DNA of 64,000 nucleotides from the human T2T-CHM13v2.0 reference genome, Homo sapiens. The DNA is taken from NCBI RefSeq assembly GCF_009914755.1, contig NC_060931.1; one strand, written 5' to 3'. A program made the translations under genes and the position numbers. The notes under the pieces are model-generated. The model searched no databases. It was not told the DNA's origin and saw only the letters and a list, made by a program, of their open reading frames with translations. Every line of letters begins with the position of its first letter. Within the stretch, counting starts at the first letter, position 1. Below, piece by piece: positions 16,753 to 33,322 of the stretch.

Positions 16753-19039
16753 ACATGAACGTTTTTGCGTCTTTTAAAGTTCATGTTTTTATTAGTACAC
16801 ATTATAACTTGCTCGTTGAAAAAATATTAAATTGAAACAGCAGAGCCAGAATATGTAAGACTGGAGAGAACACAGGATGGCCTCTGCGGGTGGATGGATG
16901 AGAAGAATATCCCTTCCCTCCTGCCGATGCTGCGCCACACCACAGCCTCACGGCTTGTTCTGTTAGACCGATGCCTCCGCCCGGCTCTCTCCGTGTCCTG
17001 CACACAGTACGCCACTACCCGGGGTATGAAATATAATACGTCCAAGGTCACTCAAAGGGCATCATATTTAAGACTTAAAATCTCTTCAAGTTCCCTGCCA
17101 CCTCTGAAAAGAGTAGCAGATAATGAAATTCAGAACTTCGTTGTCCGAGTGACCCGGCACATGTGAGACTCTCCGGAGTTTTAGGGAGGAAAGCCCTTTA
17201 TTATATGAAATACTAATTATGCACGGAGAGAGAGACGTCAATCACACTGCATCAACGGGAGAGCAGATACTTACCTGCCAAGGCAAAGAAGATGGAACAG
17301 TAGCTAATAAACAATAATAGACTGTTAATAAGACCTAAACATCAATATTTTTTCCCACAACAATGGCAGCGAAATTCAGGTTAAGAGAATAAATATATAA
17401 ATATCAGCTATGTTTTCTAAAGATGTGTGCAGCTGCATTCAAAGTGAGAAAAATGTAAAAGGGAGATTCTGTGACATACCATATATATGGAGTTTTAATA
17501 ACGCAATGTTGCCAACAAAATGTGTAAAGGATCCAAGGCATCACAACTCGAATTAGGGATATGCTTGATATTCATTTTAGAAAAATCTTTCCAATATTAG
17601 GTTAGTTAATGCAGTATTCTATTTTCAAAATCATGATCTAATCATTTCAATTTTATGTCTCTGTCATTAACCATTCTGCCAGAAGTATACCATGTGGTTT
17701 GGCCCTCTATTCAAATACTCATCTTTAATATATTTAAGTGGCTTGGGTTATCATAGAAAAAGGTCAGTCCTCCTTGGGCTCCCAGTCAGAGTTCCACTGA
17801 TCTTCTCCCGTGGCTTCCTCCGTGAATTTCTCAGCAATGTTGCTCATGGTCTGACATCTGGTTGTGTGTGCCCATGCTCACCCCACCATGCTCTGAGGAG
17901 GATAGGAAGCCCCTCTAGGAAGCACCAGACATAGGGGTGACTGTATGGTCACCTCCCAAATGGTATCATTTATTCTCTCTGTGTTCAAGGATGATTACAA
18001 AGAAAATACGCACACACATACACACACACACTATCATATGAGGATAATGTACAACACCAAAAAACAGGTACGCTATACTGAGAATTTAGAAGCAACATCA
18101 TCTCTGAAGAAACAGATAGGATTCTGGGAAAGTTCTGTATCTTGATTTGAGTGGTGTTTACCTGAGCAAATACATATGTAAAAATTAATTGAGCTGTATA
18201 CTCAAGAAGTGTGCACTTGACTGCATTTAAGTTATATGTCCATTTATAACATGTAAAGGGAGGAGGAACACTAGGGGAAAAGATTCAATAACTGAGATTG
18301 ACTGGGACACCATCACAAAGAAACCCCTGTATGTGTCAACACTGAGTGTAATGAAGCATGTGTGAATGCCCTCACAACTGCCAACCACAGTTACCACTCA
18401 GAAGAATGAAGAAAAGATAAGCGATTCAGAAGGCATATCCCCGAGATCCAAACTGGAAATGCAGGTGAGCATCAGAAGCAATTCTAAACAAAGGAAAAAG
18501 GAAAACAGTGTTGACCTTCTAACAATCTTTATCTCCTAAGAACGCTGGCCCTTTGTCATGTAACTTGTGCTGAGTCATGCAACTGTGCTGCATCCTCAAG
18601 GAGCATCCTCAAGGAGCCAGCCTGGGCTCATGCAGAAGGTGCAGTGCTCCAAGTATTCCAATGCTGAACTGCACGTTGTATGGTCTCTTCAGGCCAGGCT
18701 CAAAAGTGACAAAGCCTCACTTCACCAAATTATCTTGTTCAAAGCAATCAGAGCCAGTTCAAATTCAAATGGAGGGGAAATAGAGTCTATCTTTGGCTGG
18801 GACATACAATGAAGTCATGGGGACATGCATATAGGATGAGAGAAATTGTAATGATCATCTTTGCAAATATTTCCCAGGTTTTCATTTGACTTAGAGCATT
18901 GTTTATTTGTTGAATTAGTTAATATGCCCAATATATACCACGCTGTATTTGTGGTTTCTTGTTATACTGAGAAACTCTTATTCCAAAGCAAGTAAACCTT
19001 CATTCACATTTTCTTTCAATAATTTTAATTGTTTTAGTT

Positions 19040-19612
19040 CAGGGTTCAGTAAAGTTTTTCTGTAAAGGGCCAGATAGTAATTATTTGAGGCTTTGTGAGC
19101 CATAGAGTGTATGTGACAATTCCGTCTAGGAAAGCAGCCATAGACAATACATAAACCAATGTGCATGGGCATTCATATGGTTTGGCTGTGTTCCCACCCA
19201 AATCTCTTGAATTGTAATCCCCATAATCCCCACATGTCATAGGAGGGACTCATTGGAGGTAACTGAATGATGGGTGCAGTTTCCCACATGCTGTTCTTGT
19301 GATAGTGAGTCAGTTCTCATGAGATCTGATGGTTTTATAAGCATCTGGCATTTCCCCTGCTGGGACTCATTCTTTCTCCTGCTGCTGTGAAGAGGTGCCT
19401 TCCACCATGATTTTAAGTTCTTGAGGTCTCCCCAGCCATGTGGAACTCTTAGTCAATTAAATTCTATTTCTTTATAAATTACACAGTCTCGGGTATTTCT
19501 TCATAACAGTGTGAGAATGAACTAATACAGCCATGTACCAATAAACTTTATTTACAAAACCAGGTGATGGGCTGGATTTGGACTTCGGGTAGTAGGATGC
19601 TGACACTTGCCT
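19040..19612 (+). mobile_element. MER58A-like hAT MITE split by a THE1 LTR
   Basis: CAGGGTTCAGTAAAGTTTTTCTGTAAAGGGCCAGATAG... resumes at 19530 (CCAATAAACTTTATTTACAAAACCAGG). Confidence 0.8.
19173..19529 (+). mobile_element. THE1 MaLR solo LTR
   Basis: TCATATGGTTTGGCTGTGTTCCCACCCAAATCTC...GAACTAATACA; TSD ggcat/gccat. Confidence 0.92.
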
Positions 19613-20778
19613 TAAGGTATCTGGTCTTGTGTTTGTGTATGTGATGGGAAGAAATACAAACCTTTTCAAACAATTTTTATGGAATAATTATCAGATGAAC
19701 AGTCGTTTTCTTACTGCTCCCTTATAGCTTATTTATCATCTGGTGAGTAGGGCCAGTTTCCATGCTGTCCATTTGGTTCCATAATCCTTTCATTCATGCA
19801 CCTTATGTGTTTAATTATGTTTGCCTTTACATTACATGTTTTGTACCAAAGGTCAAATATATTCTCATTGTTCCTGTTTTGCAAAAGTGTCTCAGCTTAT
19901 CTTTCCAATGCAGTCTTATAGGTGAACTTTAGGATAATATTCAAAGTATCAAAACAAACTTAATTTTTACTGGTATTCTTACGAGAACTACATTAAGTTG
20001 TATATTTTAATTATTTTATTTTATACTTTTAGGTAAAAAATACATCTTTACAATATTAGGTCTTTCTACCCAAGATCATGACACTTCTTGTTACTTAACC
20101 CTTGGTCTTGTGTAGTCTGCTGGATGGATGCTGAAGATCCTGTGGAAGATCCAAAGCCCTAGAGAGTGGCAAAGCGGCTAGAGGGAAGGAATTTGGACCT
20201 CCATAAACCATTATGAGAAAGACTATCCACCCCAAACTCATTTGCATTATGACAGGGAAGATAAACCTTTCTGTTGTTCACCAACTGAGGTTCTATGTTG
20301 TTTGTTTTTGTTACAGCAGCTAGTCGTCCCTGATTTATACGGTATCCTATATTCTTGTCCCTATACTCAATGAGTTTTTATTTTGCTTTACATTTCCTAA
20401 ATGATTACCTTAGAAATCTTAAGAAAACTATTGATTTTGTCATGTACTTTTAGAGATATCTTAATCTTGTACATTACTAATTTAAATGATTTGTGTTGTT
20501 TTTCAATTGATTCTCTTGTGATTGTCAGCTGGATGTGAGCCTAACGATGTTACTTGTCTGTTCCCTTTAGATAGTATTACTCTTATTTGTTTCTTAATTT
20601 ATTAGATTTTAGAAATTCTTCAATAGTTATGAAACAATGGAGAGGATAAAGAGCATTCTTGATTTTATCTCAAATTTATTTAAAATATTATGGTATTTTA
20701 CCCCATTATGTTCTTTTTAGAGAAATATATATTCTTTACCATCATTTTATGCTAATTTTTTTCAAGAATGGGCATTGA

Positions 20779-21088
20779 GGCCGGGCGTGGTGGCTCACAC
20801 CTGTCTGTAATCCCAGCACTTTGGGAAGCCGAGGTGGGCAGATCACCTGAGATCAGGAGTTCGAGACCAGCCTGGCCAACATAGTGAAACCCCATCTCTA
20901 CTAAAACTACAAAAATTAGCTGGGCATGGGTGGTGGGCACCTGTAATCCCAGCTACTCAGGAGGCTGAGGCAGGAGAATTGCTTGAATCCGGAAGGCAGA
21001 GGTTGCAGTTAGCTGAGATCATGCCACTGCATTCCAGCCAGGGTGACAGAGTGAGACTCTGTCTCAAAATAATAATAATAATAATAAT
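20779..21088 (+). mobile_element. Alu (AluS) with (TAA)n tail
   Basis: TSD aatgggcattga. Confidence 0.95.
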
Positions 21089-23447
21089 AATGGGCATTGA
21101 CTTTGAGAAAATCATGTACATTGTTTTTCCTTGAACTGTATTTAAATAAACTATTTTCATTGATTTTCCAACATTAAGCCATTCTTCTATTGCCTACTTG
21201 GTTATGGTAAGTTCATTCTTAAAATACAATATTGTCTTGAGTTTATTAGTTAAGAAATGTATGCATCCATATTTAAGAAATTTATGCATCTATATTTTAG
21301 ATAAAATTTGTAGCTTTAGTTTTGGTTTGCATATGTTAAGTTTTACTACATTAGTTTTAGTTTTATTGAATTTTGAAGTTTTCCATCTATAATCTAGTTT
21401 GGAGTCAACATTGTTCCCTCCTTTTGGCCCAAAGACAGTGAGTACTTGGACTAGTATCACTGCTAATGTGAGTTGGCATAAATAATGGTTAACAAATTCT
21501 TCCCTTTTCTGCATAAGAATTTGACCTTTAGTAAAATGTCTAGATCTGATTATCTGGAGACAAGATAAAGGTATAATGTCAACCAATTCTAAGACAATAG
21601 AGCTTATGGTAAAAATTAACTCCTAAACAGTAAAAATGCATCCTGACTAGGAGAATTACAAGTACCCAGAAAAATGATATGATTGGGCTTCCATAAATGT
21701 AGTGACTTGAAACTGGGCATCTCCCTTGCGGATACCCTAGAAGCCATGCCAGTGCAAATATTACAAGAAATTTTAGCTCCTGTGCTTCATAAGGCTTTCA
21801 AGCCAGGGGTTCACCCAAGTTAATCAATAAGTATCTTAATTCTTTGCACCTAAGATGTTACCAGGGACCAAAAATATTTTCACCAGACAAATTTATGGAC
21901 TATTGCAAGGAATACCACAGAAGAGAAATACCTGTCACTGCACTGACATCACGCGATGCTTCCTAAGTGATTATGCTGCTGAGAGTGACTTATGGTAATC
22001 TATGAGTCTGAACATTTAATTGAGTTTAAAAAGACCCTTTGGTGAACATTGAAGCACTATCATGAGCACAATACTCTTCATCAGGATGTTAACACAGGTC
22101 ATTATTAGAATCATTGTGGACCCATGGACAATTCTAGTCTTACAAGTATAGCACTTCCACACTCTAGAACGCATTACTTCTTGCTGCTTCCTTCCACAGT
22201 GTCAGCATGCAATGAAGGCTGATGTTTGTGTTGGTGGACATTTCAATTTTACTACAACTCATATTTCTACTTCTTTCTCTTACTCCTGCCTGGAGTACTT
22301 GTTCTAGCTGTCTTAAGAAATGCCCATCACCCCACACTGATGTCCAAGTTTTCAATTTAAATAACTATGTTTTTGTATTTCTAGAAATTCTATTGGCTAT
22401 TTTTAAAAACTGCCTTTTTTATGTTGTCTTTTTCTTCCATTATAGTGCCTATTTCTTCTTTCACATTTATAACCACTTGAATAATTAGTATTTCCAAATT
22501 AAATAATATTACTTCACTGACATGTTTAGACTCTCTTTTATCTCAGGTCTTCTAAGTACTATACGTGGACATGTTTTATTTGTGAACTCTCACTTAAAAT
22601 AGATTATTTCCTTATGTAGTTTATTAATTATGATATCTTAAGTTATGCCTTGGAAGCAAATAATCTGAAAGTTTAAATGTTTTTAAAACTCCTATCTATT
22701 GGGATATGAGTGTAAATCATTCTATTGGTAATACCCTTCCCATGAGGACTGAGGTGGACATTATTTTTCAATACATGCTTCCGAAATCAGCCACCTTGGC
22801 AGAATGAGAATAGCACACAAACTCTTAAGTGCTTCCACCAGAAGTGACACATATCATTTCCAAGCAACTTTATTGGCTAAAGCAAGTCTCATTTCATTCA
22901 AGAGGATGAAGGAATGCATTAACACTGAGTGCCTAAAAAGGGGAAAACACAGACATGTTGATGAGTAGCTTAAGGAACTACCACCCATGGTGTCTAATTT
23001 TTTATTGTGAGCTCAGCTTAGTCGAGAACTATTTTTATGATGGGCACTGTTTGTGCTCTGTATATTTGAGGTGCCCTCACAGAAAATATTTGTATTAATT
23101 TCTGCCTGATGCCCCAAAGATTTTAGGATTTTACAGATATAACCAGTTTTGGTGTTAACTTTTTAGCTTTGGTTCGTCTATCTCATAAATTATTGTCTGT
23201 CTGCCCAAGGGTTGCTCAGGTTTATAGTTTTAATATTTCACTGGATTTTTTTTTTACAGAGGTAAGCTTCCTTATTGCTCACTTAGAAATTTTAGACCAA
23301 TCACACGAAACATGCAGCCATGTCAGTTTCCACCTTCCACCTTGCCTGTCCTGTGTGCATGTTCAAACCCCTGCCTCTAGCATTAAAGTTCATATCTTAT
23401 CTGATGTCCTTGTAAGCCACCACAGTATCACTGTGCATATTTAACAT

Positions 23448-23754
<307 letters not shown>

Positions 23755-24069
23755 ACTTAACATACTTTAAATATTCTCTTTATTTATGTTACTTGAAATT
23801 TCCTGGCTATCCATTCACAAATTTGGTCAAAATTTATTCTGCGTTTCTGTTATTTTATCTGCTATGTTGCCAGAAATGCAAATACTGTGCACATGTTTAA
23901 TTATGAATCTTCTCTACAACATTGTTAACTACCACAAAGATAGGAATTACATCAATTTATTAACTCTTATCTCCATCTTGTATCCCAGAGCTTGATAAAT
24001 GTTTTACAATGAACAAATAAATATTACCACCCTAGGGTACTTGAGTGTTTAATGAAAGCAGACATCAAT

Positions 24070-24520
24070 TCTTTCTCTTCTTGTAAAAGCATGCCTTTCA
24101 TCTCATCAAGAAATGAAATCTATTTCCCTTCTCCTGAATCTGGGCTGGTTGTGTGACTTGACTTGTCCAATAGAAAACAGTGGAAGTGAGGTTCTGGGAC
24201 TTCCAAACTTATGTCTTAATATAATTATAACTTCCACTTTTTTGTCCTGGAGCTTGGCCATTTGAATATAAGGAAATCCATACTAGAATACTAAATGAAT
24301 GAGACCACATGGAGAGAAGTCCTGTAGAATGAGAGGTCACCTTGGATATTCCAGTCCCAGCCAAGCTTTCTGCATAACAGACTTCAAACATGACCATCAG
24401 AGAAATCACCCAACTGAGCCCCAGTCAACCAATGAAATTGTAAGAAATAATAAATTCTTAGTGTTGAGGCAACCAAATTTTGGGGTGGTTTGTTACATAA
24501 TAATAAATAACTGAGACACT
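24070..24520 (+). mobile_element. MLT1 MaLR LTR
   Basis: tctatttcccttctcctgaatctgggctgg...aaattttggggtggtttgttacataataataaataactgagaca. Confidence 0.75.
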
Positions 24521-25345
24521 TAGCTAATGACCAGTAACTGGCTGTGCCACTGAAAAAGACAATTGGACAATTATCTTAAAATTTACATCATAATTTGTAA
24601 GGAAAAAAACCCTAGAAAGTAGAATGACAGTCTTAAGCTGACATGACTAAAATAAAAAATAATTTAAACAATTATGAATGTTTTAAAAATTGATTCTAAA
24701 ACTCAGATACATTGGCATTTGGAGACTGGTTTACTCTTGGGTTAAAAGGTGTACAGGTAATTGACTTGTTCAGCCAATTTCTGAAAAGATTTACTGAATT
24801 TGATGTGAGTTTTCTCACATTTACACCACAACTTGGTTTTATACAGTTAAATTCCTTAAGTAGAAGAAAATAATCTATAGATTTCTGGCTGAGGAAACCC
24901 ACCAAGCGCTTTCCCACATTCTAATGTATTCAGTTCTTTACCTATGGGTCTTTAAATCTGGCATTTTACAATGATACCACTCTAGTACTGATGCCAAACA
25001 AAGGCTTCAGCAATGATCATCAAAGGTTGTAACTTTTCATGCTTTTGACATTTCATAAATTCTGACTGGAGATTGTAGAAAAAAAGTGAAACAAACTCTA
25101 ACGTGTTAACTGATTTTATTACAAACATAAAACATTTCATATTATAGCACAATAATTTTTGTGTTATGATTGTCCAGATCAAGGCAATATAGCTATTTCC
25201 ATGCATTTCAACAGAATTGCCCACAAGATGTGTTAGGTTGCATGGAAGAGAATGAGTTGGGAGGATCACACCAAAAATAAAGTACATCGTAGCTTTATTG
25301 TTGTTGGCTGCTGTTTCTGCAAAGTTTCTAGAAAATGAAGAACTG

Positions 25346-27450
<2,105 letters not shown>

Positions 27451-30400
27451 AAATAAAGAAGTGAAGTTTTCTCTCAACTCAACATTCTTTATCTGATTTT
27501 GTAGAAATAAAGTATATTTATCATCCATATCATTTATGTTGATGATTGCTTAAGCATGAAATAAGAGAAAAGAGGAGAGCAGAGGGTCACTGCTCATTGC
27601 CAAGTACAGGTTAATGAAATCCCTGTCTTCTGTGAGTGCTTTTTGCGTGAAGCTGTCTTTTGGTCTTAAAATAGCTCTTCCAACACAGCTCTTCTGATAT
27701 TATTCTTCCATTAAATCATCACCAAGGTAATTGTATCCTATTGATGAAAGAATCTATTGATGCTCTATTTCCTTTTTATCAAGTAAAGGTCACATTAAGT
27801 GAAAATGTCTATTAAGTAAATAGCAAATAAATTGAATCCTGTAATGAATGTCTCCATCTGTATACACCACAGAGAGGAAAAAATGAAACTGCACATATAG
27901 ATTTAAAATTAGTTGAAGATAAATGTAAAAATATGGTAGTCTCTTGAGAAAACATTGCATAAATGAAATTCAGACAGCAATGGGTTTTAAAGAGTGGACA
28001 ATTTTTCATCACTATAGAAAACTTTTACTGTAAGTCCAGTAAAACATTGATACTTTTCTACTGGTTTGAACAGTATATTTACACAACACTAAACAATTTA
28101 GAAGAATAATGAAGGATTATACAAATTTTATTTTTTTATCCATACAGTGTCATAATACTTATTAGGAATTTTATCTGGACTTAATTAAACAACATTCTAT
28201 ATACACACATATACACACAGTAAATCTTGAAGCTCAGACTTAATTCATTACACTTTCTACCAAATCATGAAAATATCCCTTTTCATAAAATGAAACTATT
28301 CACTAAATAGAAACAACCCTAAATTTTGAATAAGGATAAATTTTGAGTCTTCTAAGCAAGTGTGAACCAAGGAACCAATTATTCCAATTCCTTGTTATAG
28401 GCACAGGAACATAAAGACAGTAGTATTCTTCACTAAATATTCACAAGCTTCTCATCATATATGCAAATCTTAGAGCCATCCCATATATTTCACACAACAA
28501 AGAGCCATTGGGAGTGCTGTGTGATGGGCCTGAGAGTTGACGCTGCCGTGGGGAAAGGGACTGCATGGACAAAAGGTGTGTTCCTGAGAAACAGATTCGA
28601 AGAGGGGCCTGGATTTCTCTCTTGCCAGAATGAAAGCTTTGAGAAACCAAAGATCAGTTGCACACCACAAATTATGTGAGAAGAGGGGTTTCTATATGAA
28701 GACAATGTTAAATTTGCAGGGCTAATGGTAGGAAACTGACTCCACAGAACCCTAGAGAGCCTAGGAATGCCTGATGCCCAAACCATTTTTTCCACAAATG
28801 ACAATGTGGTCTTCATAACTCTGCATTTGACTCAAGAATCAAAACCATCTGGATGTCTGTATATTCTTTTGAAACCACAGACTAATGGTTTCTGACATGC
28901 ATAGTTATATGTGCCCCAATTATAAAAAGGTGTGTGATACCGTATAACATTAAGATTCTAACATCTACCAAGACCCTTATCTTTCATGGAGGATGTCACC
29001 AGTAGTCAAAGACCCTACAGAAACACTCAAGGCCCTTAAGCAGCTGCCCAGAGGCAGGCTCTTCTGCTGGAAGCAGCAGCTTACTTTCAATAACATGTGG
29101 TTTTAAAGCAAAGGCCTAGTCTAAGTGGGCTTGCGTAGTGAGGAGGGGGCTCTCCTCAGCAATCTTTAGGCCCTGATTTAAGAATTTTTAACCAATGTAA
29201 TTAGAAAGTATGTGTAAACTGGGCATTCAGAGTTGTGGGATTAAAATTAGTTCAAAATTCTAAAAATAAAGACACAAAAATCTGTTATCACAGGATGACA
29301 AGTGTGGGTAATAGTCTACCATGGAATGAGTAGAAGCTGGGGATTTTAGGGAGAATGGCAAGCCATGGCAATGAGGAACAAGGCAAATACCTGACCCACG
29401 TCCAGTCTTCCATGTTCTGGTGGGTTTAGGGTAGGGATGGGAACTAGTGGAGAGGGCAGTGTGCTCACTGTACTCTTCACACTTCTTGTAAAAATGTGTC
29501 CAATCATGTACTCTCAAAGAAAATGGGATTTCCCTCTGTTCCTACCAGAATACTGGTGGGATGGACAGAAACTGCCTATCCATAGATAGCATCCATTCCT
29601 AAATTCCCTTACTAGGGCTTTATAGTTACAAAGAAGGACAACCCACTCATCCCAGCTCAGGTGAAGGCGTCTATTGTAAGGAAGACTATCAAGCTGCATG
29701 GAAACATAGAAAGCAGCAGAAACGGAGGTGGGCTCCACAGGAACTAGGAACTGGGAACTGAAGCCAAACTAGTCTGTCAAAGGCCCTGTTTCCCTGCATC
29801 TCCCCACACAAGGCACCGGGACACACTAGGGGAGGAGAAAGGGTGACAAAGGGCCTGCCCTGGGAGCAGAAAACCACACACACATAAACGAACTCATGTT
29901 TAGAGAAAGCCGTGTTGTGGGTTATCATGAAAGGAACAGAGTTCTAGAGTAGTACACAGGAAAGGACACAATTTCATCCATCAGTCAGGGAAGTTCTCCC
30001 CAGAGACGTGACTTTTCAACTGAGACCAGAAAAATAGCCAAGGGGAAAAAAGCGAGGAGGCATGGGAGACCGTTTTGTACCATAGAGACTGGAGCAGAAG
30101 AAAGCCACAGCCTTGCAGCATGCCAGACGCCCCACAACTGAGACTCCCTGACGCGCGTGGACCCTCCGTGCGAAAGCTCCTGGGCTGCGTGCCTAGGGTC
30201 CATCTTCTCTGAGAAAACTTAACAAAAATGCCCCCTCCTGAGTTCCTAGTGCCTTTTTGAAACATTAAGAATCACAAAGTACTATTTATGGTCTCCAGTC
30301 TTAGGATTGTCTTTTTTTTTTCTAGTTAGTTGTTTTTAATATTTTTACTTATAAAATCTGTAATTCTACCTATTCAAAAATAATAAAATATTCATTTTAA

Positions 30401-32345
30401 GTAAACAAAGTGCAGCAGTGAACCAAATTCAGCGAGAAGTAGGCAGTGGTTCTTAGCCCTGTCTGCACATTAGAATCACCTGGGGGAGGTTTTTTGGTTT
30501 TCTTGTTTTTTTAAATTAGAGATTCTGGGGGTACATGTTGTGAAAGAGGGTACATGTTGTGAAAATAAATCTTGGGGCCCCCAAATCACTATGCTAAAGG
30601 GAAAAGTCAAGGTGGAAACTGCTTAGGGCAAATCTGCCTCCCATTCTATTCAAAGTCACCCCTCTGCTCACTGAGATATATGAGTATCTGATTGCCTCCT
30701 TTGGAAAGGCTTATCAGAAACTCAAAAGTCTGCAACCATTAGTTCCTCTATCACCCACCTGTGACCTGAAGCCCCCTCCCTGCTTCCAGTCTTCCTGTCT
30801 TTGCTTCGAGTTCTCCTGCCTTTCCAGACTGAACCAATGTACTTCTTCCGTATATTGATTGATGGCTCATGTCTCCCTAAAATGTATAAAACTAAGCTGT
30901 GCCCCAACCACCTTGGGCACATGTCGTCAGGACCTCCTGAAGCTGTGTCATGGGCACATCCTCAGCCTTGGCAAAATAAACTTTCTAAATTAACTGGGAC
31001 CTGTCTCAAAAGTTCAGGGTTCACATTTTGGTAACCACGGGGGGATTCTGAGTGGAGATGCCCCTGACCTTTGACAAATCTCACATCGGTGCTTGGTACC
31101 AGCATGAGCTAACTTTATGGCTCAAACCAAAAGGACAATCTGCTGAGGTCTGAACGCAACCCCTCCAGAGAATCCCTGATCTCCCAAAATTTGAGATCTA
31201 AAGTTTATTTTGCTGTACAACTCCTTTTTTTTTTTTTTTTTTTTTTTTTTTTGGAGTTTTGCTTGTTTCCAACACAAGGAAGACAAGTTTTTCCTGCCTC
31301 TGTGATGATGGAAGGCAAGTAACTCCTTTATAGAGTTTGAGCTGTCTTCCAACAGGGAAGATGAGTTATCTGTTTTTTTGTTTTTCTGTTTCTAAGATGG
31401 TAGAGAGCAGTCTACAGCCTGAGACCCATCACTAGTAAGAAACTGGTTTGGGATTCTGTCTTGCACATTCCCTTTAAATGACTAAAGGTAGCATTAACAC
31501 CAGCTGGTGTTAATTTCTGCTTACATTTAAGGGCTCAGAAATCATATAATTTGTGCGATCACAGTTCGTTTAGCAGCATTTTGTCCTAGCTGAAATATAG
31601 CAATAAGATTTTTTAAAAAGCTTTTTTTTAAGTGTTCAATGGTTAAGAGTCAGCTCAACTAAAAGGCTAACATCCAAGATGTATGTGTGTGTGTGTGTGC
31701 GCGCGCATGTGTGCATGTTTGTATTTGAAAGGCCTTTATGGTTTTGTTTTAAAAGCTAGCTTATTTATTAAAGATTTTACTCTCCTAGGACCTTGTCTTT
31801 CTTTTTGAGCAAAAGTTTTTCTCTTTCTTTTCATTTGACTGAATTGTTTTCACCTGATTTTTTTTTTTTTTTTTTGACTAAAATAGTTACTGCAACAGAG
31901 GGTACTCTCTTGGTTTTTAAGAAATTTATGTTTAATTTGGCTGAAAGAAAAATAAAAGCGTCTCCCTCTAGCACCACCAGACCTTTTCTCTCTGTACCTT
32001 AAGTGAGGTAAAATTTGCTATTTGATTTTCACAAACTGAGTTGTTTAATGTGCAAATTTAGGGCTATTTAGCTGACAACTGCCTAGGGTTGTGAAAGAGG
32101 TTATCAAGAATCTGAAAGTCTAAGCTAGAGAAAAAAAAAGGGAGGTGACTTTATAAATCTATAAAATGTACTTCCGTCAGCATGCCTAATACATCTTTAT
32201 ATGTATTTATGTGTTGTATACAAAATATTTCACTACTAAAAATATATAAAAGAGCTCTAACTGGTTTCAAGAAAAATAAAAGCACCTAAATCAGATACTA
32301 AAAAAGACTAGTCACATGCTTTTTTCATGTTTATGCAACAAGTAA

Positions 32346-32965
<620 letters not shown>

Positions 32966-32995
32966 GTAAATTCTTTAATAAATACGCTAGCTTTA

Positions 32996-33322
<327 letters not shown>

